From IMG/VR virus record IMGVR_UViG_3300038314_001498: 64,000 bases of DNA; one strand, written 5' to 3'. The stretch is from an uncultured virus (IMG/VR IMGVR_UViG_3300038314_001498). Lineage: Duplodnaviria > Heunggongvirae > Uroviricota > Caudoviricetes > Crassvirales. Below, one piece after another: positions 31,649-40,704 of this stretch (within the stretch, counting starts at the first letter, position 1; each line of letters opens with the position of its first letter). The position numbers and the translations under genes are program-made. A model generated the notes under the pieces. That model searched no databases, was not told where the DNA came from, and saw only the letters and a program-made list of their open reading frames with translations.

Positions 31649-32221
31649 TTACATATTCATAAAATTTGGCCATTGGAAATTATCAAAAAAAGAAGATTCT
31701 GAACTTGGTGTAGATTCCATATTCCTACCAGCATACATCATACTAGCACCTATACCGCGTATGCCAGACCAAATATCTTGTCTGTTAGTTTGTATCATAT
31801 TGTTAAGACCTTGTACATCACCCATGTAACGTGCTTCATCCATACCTTGTATGCGTTTTTCATCTTGTGCTATCGCATACTGTTTTTTATTTATCTGGTC
31901 GTCTAAGTAAACTCTAGCTTCTCGGTTAGCATTATTGTTTTGTGCCGCTATCATTGGTAGACTAGACATAACACTTCTTGTTCCGCCTGCTCTTGCTGCA
32001 TCTATAAGCATTGCACTAGTGCGTTGGTTTTCTTCTCGCATAAGATCACTTCCCTCGGTACTAATACTTATTTCTTCAAAAGCATTGGTAAGTTCTGGCA
32101 CTTCTAAGTTGTCTAAAGCTTTTTGCGCCTTGTTTTTTCCTATAATGCCACCAATGGTCTGTCCTATTCCCATTGCGCCACCTACACCTGCAGTTATTGC
32201 TGCTGTCGTTCCTATAGCCAA
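31649..32221 (-). CDS. small ejection protein
   Basis: Gly/Ala-rich hydrophobic N-terminus typical of podovirus DNA-injection proteins. Confidence 0.65.
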   Translation of the reverse strand: MAIGTTAAITAGVGGAMGIGQTIGGIIGKNKAQKALDNLEVPELTNAFEEISISTEGSDLMREENQRTSAMLIDAARAGGTRSVMSSLPMIAAQNNNANREARVYLDDQINKKQYAIAQDEKRIQGMDEARYMGDVQGLNNMIQTNRQDIWSGIRGIGASMMYAGRNMESTPSSESSFFDNFQWPNFMNM

Positions 32222-32365
32222 AATTATTACATTTAGTATTAAAAATATAGACTAAAAATAGAATTTATCTATCGTTTTTACAAATCTAATAAATAAAAAG
32301 TATTAATTAATTATACTTATACTATTAATTATTAATATTTTAGATGTAAATAAATAAGATTAACC

Positions 32366-32599
32366 ATGGGAATGACACAAATACGTATCTCAAAAGATAA
32401 GATTAAGTCCACCAATGCTTTTAGCAATCTTAGTCCTATACAGAAACAATTAACTGTTAAGCGTAATAACGTGCTACAAATAGAAAACGCTATTAATGTT
32501 ATAAGTAATAGAGGTTATGTGTATTGGCATAAGAACAGTAATTACTCTTATCATAACATTAGAATTATAGATGAGATTATTGATAATGATTTGCATTGA
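32366..32599 (+). CDS. hypothetical protein at the distal end of the array
   Basis: ORF track. Confidence 0.5.
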   Translation: MGMTQIRISKDKIKSTNAFSNLSPIQKQLTVKRNNVLQIENAINVISNRGYVYWHKNSNYSYHNIRIIDEIIDNDLH

Positions 32600-32631
32600 T
32601 TTCTGGATGCGTCCGCAGGCGATTAGCCTAC

Positions 32632-32821
32632 AACGTATTTGGCTATGATTAGTAGCGTGAAATAGTAAATAACCTTAATAAATAAACGATGAAAAAAACA
32701 GACGAATATTACCAAGCATTAGAAGTTTGTAATAATGCTAAAGATTACCATAATATGGATGTAATGGTTGCAAGAACCTACGTAAGAGCGTATGATGAAG
32801 CTATTAATTATAGCCATTGTT
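32632..32821 (+). repeat. attC-like site 1
   Basis: GGCTATGATTAGTAGC / GCTATTAATTATAGCC arms. Confidence 0.85.
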
Positions 32822-32997
32822 GTAAAAGCGATAGCGAGCAGTTGGTTTGCGATGTAGATTATCTAAACAACTTTACTAAAGACACAAAATACTTATGTAA
32901 GCCTGACGGTAATAAACACTTTGAAGTAGAAGATGACTTTGGGTGTTTGTATAAAGTACATAGGAAATGTTTTAAAAAAAACAGAGTAGCAAACTAA
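32689..32997 (+). CDS. fusion-type ORF crossing the GTT at 32819
   Basis: Junction peptide EAINYSHCCKS. Confidence 0.65.
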   Translation: MKKTDEYYQALEVCNNAKDYHNMDVMVARTYVRAYDEAINYSHCCKSDSEQLVCDVDYLNNFTKDTKYLCKPDGNKHFEVEDDFGCLYKVHRKCFKKNRVAN

Positions 32998-33005
32998 TTG
33001 TTTAC

Positions 33006-33062
33006 AACGTACTTGTATAACTTATCGTTGTGAGGTACGAGCAATGGAAGTTATACGGTGTT
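33006..33062 (+). repeat. attC-like site 2 (57 bp, canonical size)
   Basis: GTATAACTT / AAGTTATAC arms. Confidence 0.85.
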
Positions 33063-33134
33063 ATTTGGCGAGGTACGAGCGAACTGTTTAACCCTTAAAA
33101 AAGGCGTGGCTTTTCAAAAGCCAAATTATAGATT

Positions 33135-33713
33135 ATGAGTGAAAAAAAATATAAAATTATTTACGCAGATCCAGCTTGGTCTTATAGAGATGGTTCTTTA
33201 AGTCGTGGTGGTGCAAAAAGGCATTATGATACAATGACCGATGAAGAAATTAAACAGTTACCTATAAATGATATAGCAGACGATGACAGTATTTTATTTA
33301 TGTGGGCAACATTTCCTAAAATACAAGAAGGATTAGATGTTATAAAATCTTGGGGATTTGAGTATAAAACAATAGGATTTGTATGGATTAAAACCAATAA
33401 GCGATTTAATAAAAATCAAACATCATTTATGCCTTTAGAAAGTCTTGATGTTTTTTGGGGAATGGGAAGATGGACAAGAAGTAATACAGAAATATGTTTA
33501 ATAGGCGTAAAAGGTAAACCTTTAAGAGAAAATGCAGATGTGCATAGTGTTGTAGTTTCTGAAATACAAAAGCATAGCAAAAAGCCAGACGAAATAAGAG
33601 ATATGATAGTTAGATTATGTGGCGATTTACCAAGAGTTGAACTATTTGCAAGAAATGAAACTAAAGGTTGGGATGTTTGGGGAAATGAGGTTGAAACAAG
33701 TATAGCAATATAG
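33135..33713 (+). CDS. MT-A70 family adenine methyltransferase (cassette)
   Basis: IIYADPAW, LFMWAT, WGFEYKT, HSKKPD, VELFAR. Confidence 0.9.
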   Translation: MSEKKYKIIYADPAWSYRDGSLSRGGAKRHYDTMTDEEIKQLPINDIADDDSILFMWATFPKIQEGLDVIKSWGFEYKTIGFVWIKTNKRFNKNQTSFMPLESLDVFWGMGRWTRSNTEICLIGVKGKPLRENADVHSVVVSEIQKHSKKPDEIRDMIVRLCGDLPRVELFARNETKGWDVWGNEVETSIAI

Positions 33714-33866
33714 CCTAAATATGCATTATACATTTGTGTATGGTGCGTTTTTATGGCACGTATGAGTGGTCGCCAATTTTTTAATAATTATTGCAACGGC
33801 TTGTGTATGGTTTGAAAGCCAACGCACAAACTCTGATTAAATGAACTAATATTAACTTGGCTTTTT

Positions 33867-34350
33867 AACGTTGAGCGTATGAAACGTAGCGTTTAGAAAA
33901 ACAGAAACTTTGAATAAAATACAGAATTAATAATAAAATTTTAGCGATGGAAATTACGGAAATTAAAAACATTGTAAATAGTGACTTACCAGACCAATAT
34001 AAAGAAAGGGCTTTATTAAAGGTGTTGGCAAAAGATGATGATATTATACCAAATATGTTAGAAATCTTAAAAATTGAACGAGAGACGAAAAAAGACTTAC
34101 TAACTGATATTAATCTTGAATTATCAAGAGCGCATTTATACATTGAAAGAGCAGACGTTAAAAAAGATGACAAGCAATTTAGCAAATCTTTTGTGTTGGA
34201 TGAAATAGCCTCTTTCTATGTTAAATACAAAGGAAGAATAAGCCATTGTTTTAATAGATTTAACTGAGCGGAAAGGCAATTTTATTATGAGCAAATACAC
34301 ACTTACTAACGTTTTAAGCACTTACATAGCTATGTTTTATACGCATTGTT
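33867..34350 (+). repeat. attC-like site 3 (whole gene in loop)
   Basis: GCGTATGAAACGTAGC / GCTATGTTTTATACGC arms. Confidence 0.85.
33947..34267 (+). CDS. hypothetical protein in attC-like loop
   Basis: 106 aa ORF between the arms. Confidence 0.65.
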   Translation: MEITEIKNIVNSDLPDQYKERALLKVLAKDDDIIPNMLEILKIERETKKDLLTDINLELSRAHLYIERADVKKDDKQFSKSFVLDEIASFYVKYKGRISHCFNRFN

Positions 34351-34404
34351 ATGTACTGGCGCAACTAACCGTTTTGAGTGCGTACAGATATTGCGCTTGT
34401 ACAT

Positions 34405-34521
34405 AACGTTAAACGTGTATGGCAAGTTGCCTTCACGGAATTTAATAAATACTTAAACAACTTTAGAATTATGAATACAAATAACAAAAAAACAGAAAAG
34501 CAATTTGCTATACACGGTGTT
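34405..34521 (+). repeat. attC-like site 4
   Basis: CGTGTATGGCAAGTTGC / GCAATTTGCTATACACG arms. Confidence 0.85.
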
Positions 34522-34707
34522 ATAAGCCGTTTATCTATGCAAGAAGTATTGAATTATGAAATACACTCACATTGGTTAGCGAGTTGGATTGGATTTGAAT
34601 GGGGGCAAGATTTAATGGGTAAATACTTCGCTTGGAAAGTAAGAAGAAAATACAATAGATATTTAGTTTCATTGGAAGAACGTAAGCGTGTTTTAAATGG
34701 CTTATAA
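34471..34707 (+). CDS. fusion-type ORF crossing the GTT at 34519
   Basis: ATG in the loop; junction KQFAIHGVISR; stop inside TAAC. Confidence 0.65.
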   Translation: MNTNNKKTEKQFAIHGVISRLSMQEVLNYEIHSHWLASWIGFEWGQDLMGKYFAWKVRRKYNRYLVSLEERKRVLNGL

Positions 34708-34906
34708 CGTACTAGCATAAAATTTGAAACGGAAAAATGAAACAATACATATTAAAATACACTATAAAACTTTGGTATAGAATGACCTTTGAAAATAACA
34801 AATACGCTAAACAACTATTTGAATTAATTGAAGGATTCTATGAAGTTACAGAAAACTATATTTCTTTAATAATACACAAAAGTAGTTTTTGATTTTATGC
34901 ATTGTT
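34706..34906 (+). repeat. attC-like site 5
   Basis: GCATAAAAT / ATTTTATGC arms. Confidence 0.8.
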
Positions 34907-34964
34907 ATGTTTTAGTTGCGCTCTAAAGCGTAACACTTGCGTACTAATTGGCGCAATTAAACAT

Positions 34965-35252
34965 AACGGTCTGCGTGTATGGGATGTGATTTGCAAATAA
35001 TAAAATAACATTGAATTAATAACTAAAAAAGAGAGCGATATGGAATTTGAACTACAATATGAATTACAAGAATTTAGAGAAATACAAGACCAATATTTTG
35101 ACGAAGATGGCAAGTGCTACAACCGACATATTTTAAGCACCGACATTGCGGAAAAAATGCTGAACTTAATTAACAATCTTAGCGAACGTGTAAATGAACT
35201 CGAACCTGTGATTAAGCAACAAATTAAAAAATCATTGCCTATACACGATGTT
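34965..35252 (+). repeat. attC-like site 6
   Basis: CGTGTATGGGATGTGATTT / AAATCATTGCCTATACACG arms. Confidence 0.8.
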
Positions 35253-35420
35253 ACCCAATGTTTGCCCTAAGATAGCAGAGAGTTTAAAGAATGGCAAAGA
35301 AATATGGGAATTACTAGACAAGAAAATACCAACATTTATAACTGGAACGAATTTAAGTATGAACGAGCTTTTTTCCTAGAAAAATTTATGGAAGATAGAA
35401 ATAGGGCAAATTTTGGGTAA
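35040..35420 (+). pseudogene. fusion-type ORF with an in-frame TAA at 35268-35270
   Basis: The frame stays open for 49 more codons to the TAA in GGGTAAC. Confidence 0.55.
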
Positions 35421-35702
35421 CGAAAAGTTTATGAATAGTGCGTGAAATAATAACTAAAATTAGTAAAAATGGAAAATAAGAAATGGTGGATTAAATTTAA
35501 AAATAGTAAATGGCGATTAATTGCTTTATGTGTAGGCTCTTTAGTAGTTGGAACACAAATGTTTTTAATACCAAAAACGGTAAGTGAAATTGTAATAAGA
35601 GGCATTGGTGTTCTATGGATATTAGAAGGCATTTCTTATTCTTTTGACTTATGGATTAGACACTTAAATAAGCGAAAAGAAGCATTATTTATAAACGGTG
35701 TT
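35419..35702 (+). repeat. attC-like site 7
   Basis: GTTTATGAATAGTGC / GCATTATTTATAAAC arms. Confidence 0.85.
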
Positions 35703-35852
35703 GTAGGTAGTTATAAAAGTAAACCTTATGCCGACTTATGTAAGTTAAGAAAAGAAAAGATTGAGGATTTGAAACGACTTGAAAAAGTAATGAAAGACAT
35801 TTGTGCAGACGTTGGCAAATATACCGACACTGGTGGTAATTACAAACCCTAA
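35469..35852 (+). CDS. fusion-type ORF: two-TM N-module plus coiled C-module
   Basis: Junction EALFINGVVGSY at GTT 35700. Confidence 0.65.
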   Translation: MENKKWWIKFKNSKWRLIALCVGSLVVGTQMFLIPKTVSEIVIRGIGVLWILEGISYSFDLWIRHLNKRKEALFINGVVGSYKSKPYADLCKLRKEKIEDLKRLEKVMKDICADVGKYTDTGGNYKP

Positions 35853-35860
35853 TTACCTAC

Positions 35861-35983
35861 AACGCAGTTGTGTATGGTATGTTGTGTATAAACAGACATA
35901 AATTATCGAATTAAAAACTAAATAAATTAATAATAACAAGCCTTTGAAATAGCAGTAATTAGCAATAGACTATACACGTTGTT
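35861..35983 (+). repeat. attC-like site 8
   Basis: GTGTATGGTATGTTG / CAATAGACTATACAC arms. Confidence 0.8.
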
Positions 35984-36021
35984 AACTACTGTGCGACATT
36001 GGAAAAACAAAAACTTAATAA

Positions 36022-36441
36022 ATGAAAAACTTACTTTGGTTAGACGACATTAGAAACCCTTTTTTAAATGAAGAAGGAAAAGTACCAACAGATAAAAATG
36101 GTGAATACTATAATATAAACTGGGTTTTAAATTACGATCAGTTTGTAAAATGGATAGAACTTTTCGGATTGCCTGATGCAATTTCTTTTGACCACGATTT
36201 AGCCGATGAACATTATACACCTGAATATTTTTGGGATAACTATGAAGAAAGTAAAAAGTTTCAAGAATGGCGTGGGCAAAATTACCAAGAGAAAACAGGT
36301 ATGGATTGTGCTAAATGGTTAGTAGATTATTGTATGGGTAACGAAAAGAAATTGCCTGAAATATTCGTACACTCTGCAAACCCAGTTGGTGCTGATAATA
36401 TAAAAGGGTTGTTAGATAACTTCATTAAGCATTGTAGTTAA
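36022..36441 (+). CDS. cyclic-phosphate-processing receiver-like domain protein (cassette)
   Basis: LLWLDDIR, ISFDHDL, TGMDCAKWL, VHSANPVG. Confidence 0.8.
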   Translation: MKNLLWLDDIRNPFLNEEGKVPTDKNGEYYNINWVLNYDQFVKWIELFGLPDAISFDHDLADEHYTPEYFWDNYEESKKFQEWRGQNYQEKTGMDCAKWLVDYCMGNEKKLPEIFVHSANPVGADNIKGLLDNFIKHCS

Positions 36442-36655
36442 CGGAATTGTATAAGATTAGTTACGTGAAATAAGCACAAACCAAAATAAATAAACGATGA
36501 AAAAGCCAAAAAATTTAACATTAAAAAACTATTGGGAAGCAAACAGTTCTTGGGAAAGACAAGAGATTGTAGAAAATACCTTTAAATATTTAAATTTTTT
36601 AGAACAAAAACTTAATAAATTAACCAACACTAAGTAATTAATTTTATACGGTGTT
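36440..36655 (+). repeat. attC-like site 9 (46 aa ORF 36497-36637 in loop)
   Basis: GTATAAGATTAGTTAC / GTAATTAATTTTATAC arms. Confidence 0.85.
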
Positions 36656-36722
36656 GGTTGGCGAAGCGGACTGTAATTATTAAAAAATTGGCGTTGCTGA
36701 GGCACGAAGCAAAATTAAGAGT

Positions 36723-37544
36723 ATGAGTAAGAAAAAAATAATAGGTTGGGTAAGTTGCGGAATTACAAGCGCAGTAGCTTGTAAACAAGCAATTATGAAA
36801 TACGGTAAAGACAAAATTGAACTTTACTATATGAAGATTGACAGCGCACACCCAGACAATGACAGGTTTTTAAAAGACCTTGAAAAATGGTATGATTTAC
36901 CAATAACCACAATTAGAAGCGATAAATACAAAGACCAATTTGAAGTTATAGAACATACTGGTTATGTAAATGGTGCTGAAGGTGCAAGATGTACTTTAGA
37001 GTTAAAGAAGAAAGTACGTTGGGGAATTGAAGAAAATATTGATTTCTCTGCTCAAATATTTGGATTTGAATTTGTACCAAAAGAAGTGAATAGAGCATTA
37101 CGATTTAATGAACAATACCCAAAAGCAAAAGCAATATTTCCATTAATTGAAACTTATCTAACAAAGGAAAATTGCGCTGAAATATTACGATTTGCAAACA
37201 TAGAATTACCAACGATGTACAAACTTGGTTATCCAAATAATAATTGTATTGGATGCGTAAAAGGTGGAATGGGTTATTGGAATAAAATACGTGTTGATTT
37301 CCCAGAACACTTTGATAAAATGGCAAAAGCTGAACGAGTTGCAGGATTTAGTTGTTTGAAAACCGAAAAAGAGGGAAGAATATTTTTAGATGAATTAAAC
37401 CCAAAAAGAGGAAGAAAGATGAAAGTTGTAATGCCAGACTGTGGAACTTATTGCGAGGTTGAATTTGAAGGAATAGAACACCCTATGTTAAAGAAAATAT
37501 TAGATAAGGAAGTAAATATTGAGCAATTAAGATTGGTTATCTAA
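36723..37544 (+). CDS. PAPS-reductase-like (PP-loop) phage protein (cassette)
   Basis: SCGITSA, ARCTLELKK, NNNCIGCVKGG motifs. Confidence 0.75.
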   Translation: MSKKKIIGWVSCGITSAVACKQAIMKYGKDKIELYYMKIDSAHPDNDRFLKDLEKWYDLPITTIRSDKYKDQFEVIEHTGYVNGAEGARCTLELKKKVRWGIEENIDFSAQIFGFEFVPKEVNRALRFNEQYPKAKAIFPLIETYLTKENCAEILRFANIELPTMYKLGYPNNNCIGCVKGGMGYWNKIRVDFPEHFDKMAKAERVAGFSCLKTEKEGRIFLDELNPKRGRKMKVVMPDCGTYCEVEFEGIEHPMLKKILDKEVNIEQLRLVI

Positions 37545-37820
37545 AGCCTAAATATGCAATATATACAGCCGTATATGGTGCGTTTTTATGGCGCGTATGA
37601 GTGGTCGCCAATTTTTTAATAATTATTGCAACCAACGTTTGCGTACATGAATAGTAGCCCTTAAAAAGACTGAACTTTGGTTAAGCATTTATAAGCAACT
37701 ATTTATTTTTTGAGGGTTGGCAAATGGCGATAGCCAAATATTTATAATATTATTAAATAAAACTTGTATATATCATATATATAATGTATATTTGAATATT
37801 ATTAAATAAAACTTAAAATT

Positions 37821-38042
37821 ATGACTACTCAAATTAAAGAAAGAATCAATCTTATTAACGAACAAATAATTGAATTAGGACAAGCTAAAGTTGCTTCTGA
37901 TAGAGGTATATCTCAAGTTAAAAAAGAGCAATTAGTTAAGGATATTGAAATGTTACACAACCTTAAACAAACTTTAGTTAAACTTTCTAAAAAGATGGTG
38001 TTATCTACAAGTGAATTAGAATTTGTAAAAGAGATATTATAA
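37821..38042 (+). CDS. hypothetical protein in attC-like loop
   Basis: Preceded by a TTG...TATATTTG Bacteroidota promoter (37764-37794). Confidence 0.65.
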   Translation: MTTQIKERINLINEQIIELGQAKVASDRGISQVKKEQLVKDIEMLHNLKQTLVKLSKKMVLSTSELEFVKEIL

Positions 38043-38182
38043 TGAGAAAGCTTATAGACATACCAGAAGAAGATAATACTCTTGAAAATTTACAGATACT
38101 AGCTATTAAAGCAAAAAAGGATTTGAAAAATTATATCCAAGATGTTTTAATTGAACACGCTAAAAAGGGTGGGGAAAAATAA
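38042..38182 (+). CDS. 46 aa RHH-like DNA-binding protein
   Basis: MRKLIDIPEE...LQILAIKAKKDLKNYIQDVL, translated by eye; coupled to the previous stop. Confidence 0.55.
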   Translation: MRKLIDIPEEDNTLENLQILAIKAKKDLKNYIQDVLIEHAKKGGEK

Positions 38183-38309
38183 GTAGTTGCGTTGCTGATA
38201 AGACCGAACCATTGATAAAGCACTTACTTAGGCTATTATTTATGTACGGTGTTAGTAACTGGCGGTTTAATACCCGCCAGAGTGAGTTACCGTAAAACCG
38301 CTTGTTACT

Positions 38310-38503
38310 AACGTTAACGTGTAACAGTAGTAGTGTGAAATAATAACTTAAATTAACAAAAATGAAAAAACCAAAAATTACAGATTTTATTAAAGAAACA
38401 ATTGCCAACCCAAGTATTGAGTTGATGTACTTAAAAGACTATGTAAAAGAATTAGAAGCTTATGTAGATAAACAAGAAGAAGCTATTACTGTTACACATT
38501 GTT
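38310..38503 (+). repeat. attC-like site 11
   Basis: GTGTAACAGTAGTAG / CTATTACTGTTACAC arms. Confidence 0.85.
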
Positions 38504-38658
38504 GTGCACAGTTGCCGACTTTTGATGAAAGTAATTTAAATAAAAACGAATACGCTGATGATGTGCAAAAAACAATACACAATAACCTTTGTAAACCATC
38601 TTATAAGATTGGGTGGCAAAACTGCTATGCTTGGCTAAAACAAGAACTAAAGAAGTAA
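38362..38658 (+). CDS. fusion-type ORF crossing the GTT at 38501
   Basis: Junction EAITVTHCCAQL. Confidence 0.65.
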   Translation: MKKPKITDFIKETIANPSIELMYLKDYVKELEAYVDKQEEAITVTHCCAQLPTFDESNLNKNEYADDVQKTIHNNLCKPSYKIGWQNCYAWLKQELKK

Positions 38659-38671
38659 GGCAATTGTTTAC

Positions 38672-38876
38672 AACGGTATGCAGATATGAATAGATTTTTT
38701 AACGATTAAACACAAAACAAATGAACGAATTAGAACAGATTTTTACAGAAATGCTAAACCATATAGACGACCATAAGGAATCATACGATAAGTCACAATG
38801 GACAAATGAAGCTATTGTTAAGACTTGGATAAAGACTAACGAAAGTAAGTTGAAAAATTTATTTATATCTGGTGTT
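38672..38876 (+). repeat. attC-like site 12
   Basis: CAGATATGAATAGATTTTT / AAAAATTTATTTATATCTG arms. Confidence 0.85.
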
Positions 38877-39041
38877 ACAAACTGTGCGATTCTTGAAACT
38901 ATGCATCAGCAAGTATTCACAGAATTTCACAACCTTAGAAAGCAAAAAGGAAACGCAAGGTATATACAAATAGATGGCAAAGAAGCAAATGAGATTATTA
39001 GACTTGGTAAGTTAGCGACTAAAAAAGAGCATTGTTTGTAA
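38721..39041 (+). CDS. fusion-type ORF crossing the GTT at 38874
   Basis: Junction NLFISGVTNCA; stop inside TAAC. Confidence 0.65.
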   Translation: MNELEQIFTEMLNHIDDHKESYDKSQWTNEAIVKTWIKTNESKLKNLFISGVTNCAILETMHQQVFTEFHNLRKQKGNARYIQIDGKEANEIIRLGKLATKKEHCL

Positions 39042-39162
39042 CGGCTATTGTATGAGTAGTAGCCGATTAGAATCACAGAAGTATCGAATTAGAAATTAAC
39101 TTAATAAATAGTAATAGTTTTAAAACCAAGCACTGCAACGGCTATTACTTATACAAATTGTT
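39040..39162 (+). repeat. attC-like site 13
   Basis: TTGTATGAGTAGTAGCCG / CGGCTATTACTTATACAA arms. Confidence 0.85.
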
Positions 39163-39180
39163 GTAGTGCGTTATTTAGCG

Positions 39181-39555
39181 ATGGAAACAGCAGAAATTAA
39201 AAAAACCGTATTAGAAATAAGAAAAAAAGCAATTAATGTTGCTTGTGCTTTAAAAGGATTTAAAGAAGAAGATTGTTATGAAACGGTTTTTGAAGAAGAT
39301 GAGATTGAGGTAGTTTTTTCTTGGAATAGTGGGTGTAGTTGTTGTTCTGATGAGGAACAAAGAGTTTACGTGAAATACGAAGAATTAACGCAAGACATTG
39401 AGGCTCTTAAAAAAGAAAAAGAACAACAACGTATAGAAGAAAAAAGAAAGAAGGATGAGGCAGAAAAGTTAAGAAAGCAAAAAGAAGCTGATGCCAAGAA
39501 AAAACGGGAAGAAGCAGAATATTTAAGATTAAAGAAGAAGTTTGAAAGTGCGTAG
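39181..39555 (+). CDS. hypothetical coiled-coil protein (cassette)
   Basis: ATG at 39181, in frame with the GTT at 39160; ends EYLRLKKKFE. Confidence 0.65.
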   Translation: METAEIKKTVLEIRKKAINVACALKGFKEEDCYETVFEEDEIEVVFSWNSGCSCCSDEEQRVYVKYEELTQDIEALKKEKEQQRIEEKRKKDEAEKLRKQKEADAKKKREEAEYLRLKKKFESA

Positions 39556-39568
39556 GCTAATGCACTAC

Positions 39569-40050
39569 AACGGACAAGCATAAGAGCAGTGCGTGATTAA
39601 GCACAGAACTAAATTAATATTAACAAGCCTTTCCGCTTCTTTTTCTTTTGAGCGTGGGCAAAAAACCAAAATTATGGACTTAAAAATTAGAGAAGATGCC
39701 TACAAAATGGCAATTGAAAAATGGGGTGCAAAAGCACAATTGGAAATGGCACAAGAAGAAGCTACTGAACTTGCACTTGCCGTTAGAAAACACATTCGTA
39801 AAAATGATGAAACCAGCTTTAGCAACTTGGTTGAAGAAATTGCAGACGTTGAAATTATGATTGAGCAAATTGTAATGATGCATAATGATTTTGGTTTTAG
39901 GCAAATGGTAGATGCACAAAAAGCATTTAAGATTAGTAGACTACTTAAACGGATGAACGAGAACTCTTTTGAAGCGTTGGAAAAAGAAAAAGAAGCTACC
40001 GAGTAGTTTGCAAATAGACACGACACTAAGCATTGCTTTTATGCAGTGTT
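39569..40050 (+). repeat. attC-like site 14 (MazG-like gene in loop)
   Basis: GCATAAGAGCAGTGC / GCATTGCTTTTATGC arms. Confidence 0.85.
39674..40006 (+). CDS. MazG-like NTP pyrophosphohydrolase
   Basis: AQEEATELALA...LVEEIADVEIMIEQ. Confidence 0.8.
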   Translation: MDLKIREDAYKMAIEKWGAKAQLEMAQEEATELALAVRKHIRKNDETSFSNLVEEIADVEIMIEQIVMMHNDFGFRQMVDAQKAFKISRLLKRMNENSFEALEKEKEATE

Positions 40051-40073
40051 GTAGTGTCGTTTTAATGCACTAC

Positions 40074-40144
40074 AACGTAAAAGCATATGGTTTCGGTTGC
40101 CTTAACCGTACTAATGCTTCGGCAACTGAACTATATGCGGTGTT
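40074..40144 (+). repeat. attC-like site 15 (71 bp)
   Basis: GCATATGGTTTCGGTTGCC / GGCAACTGAACTATATGC arms. Confidence 0.85.
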
Positions 40145-40223
40145 GGTTGGCGCAGCGGACTGTAATTATTAAAAAATTGGCGTGCCTGACGTTAGGAAGG
40201 CAAATTACGTAATACTTTTAAAA

Positions 40224-40472
40224 ATGAAATCACTATTTAAAGAAATACAAGAAGAACATTTACCATCTGGTATTAAAGAAATGATGGCTTATGCACTTTA
40301 CGAAAACAAAAACAAACTTCAAGCTGTTTTAAATTATCTAAAAAAGGAAAATGCTAAAAATAAAAGTTCAAATATCAAAAACTCAATAGACCACTTAAAT
40401 TACATACTAAAAGAATATTATCACGATACAAAATCATTTAAAGATGGACAAAAAGAACATTTATCTAACTGA
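40224..40472 (+). CDS. hypothetical protein (cassette)
   Basis: ATG at 40224. Confidence 0.55.
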   Translation: MKSLFKEIQEEHLPSGIKEMMAYALYENKNKLQAVLNYLKKENAKNKSSNIKNSIDHLNYILKEYYHDTKSFKDGQKEHLSN

Positions 40473-40704
40473 AAGTTTAAGCGGATTAATGGCGGGTGAA
40501 AGGATTAAAGCTAATAGTTTTAAAGAAGCTGAAAATAAATGCCCTGATGGGTATAGAGTTATTGGTAAGTTTATATGTGAAATAAACGCTCCTGAATTTG
40601 ACAATATAAACTTGAATTAGCAAATATGATTTATATGCAGCCGTATATGAAGCGTTTTTGCTTGCGTTTGAGTGGTCGCCAATTTTTTAATAATTATTGC
40701 AACC

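Larger units (their letters stand above)
37634..38253 (+). repeat. attC-like site 10 (620 bp; promoter and two genes in loop)
   Basis: CGTACATGAATAGTAGCC / GGCTATTATTTATGTACG arms plus inner IR 37695-37710 / 38175-38190. Confidence 0.85.
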
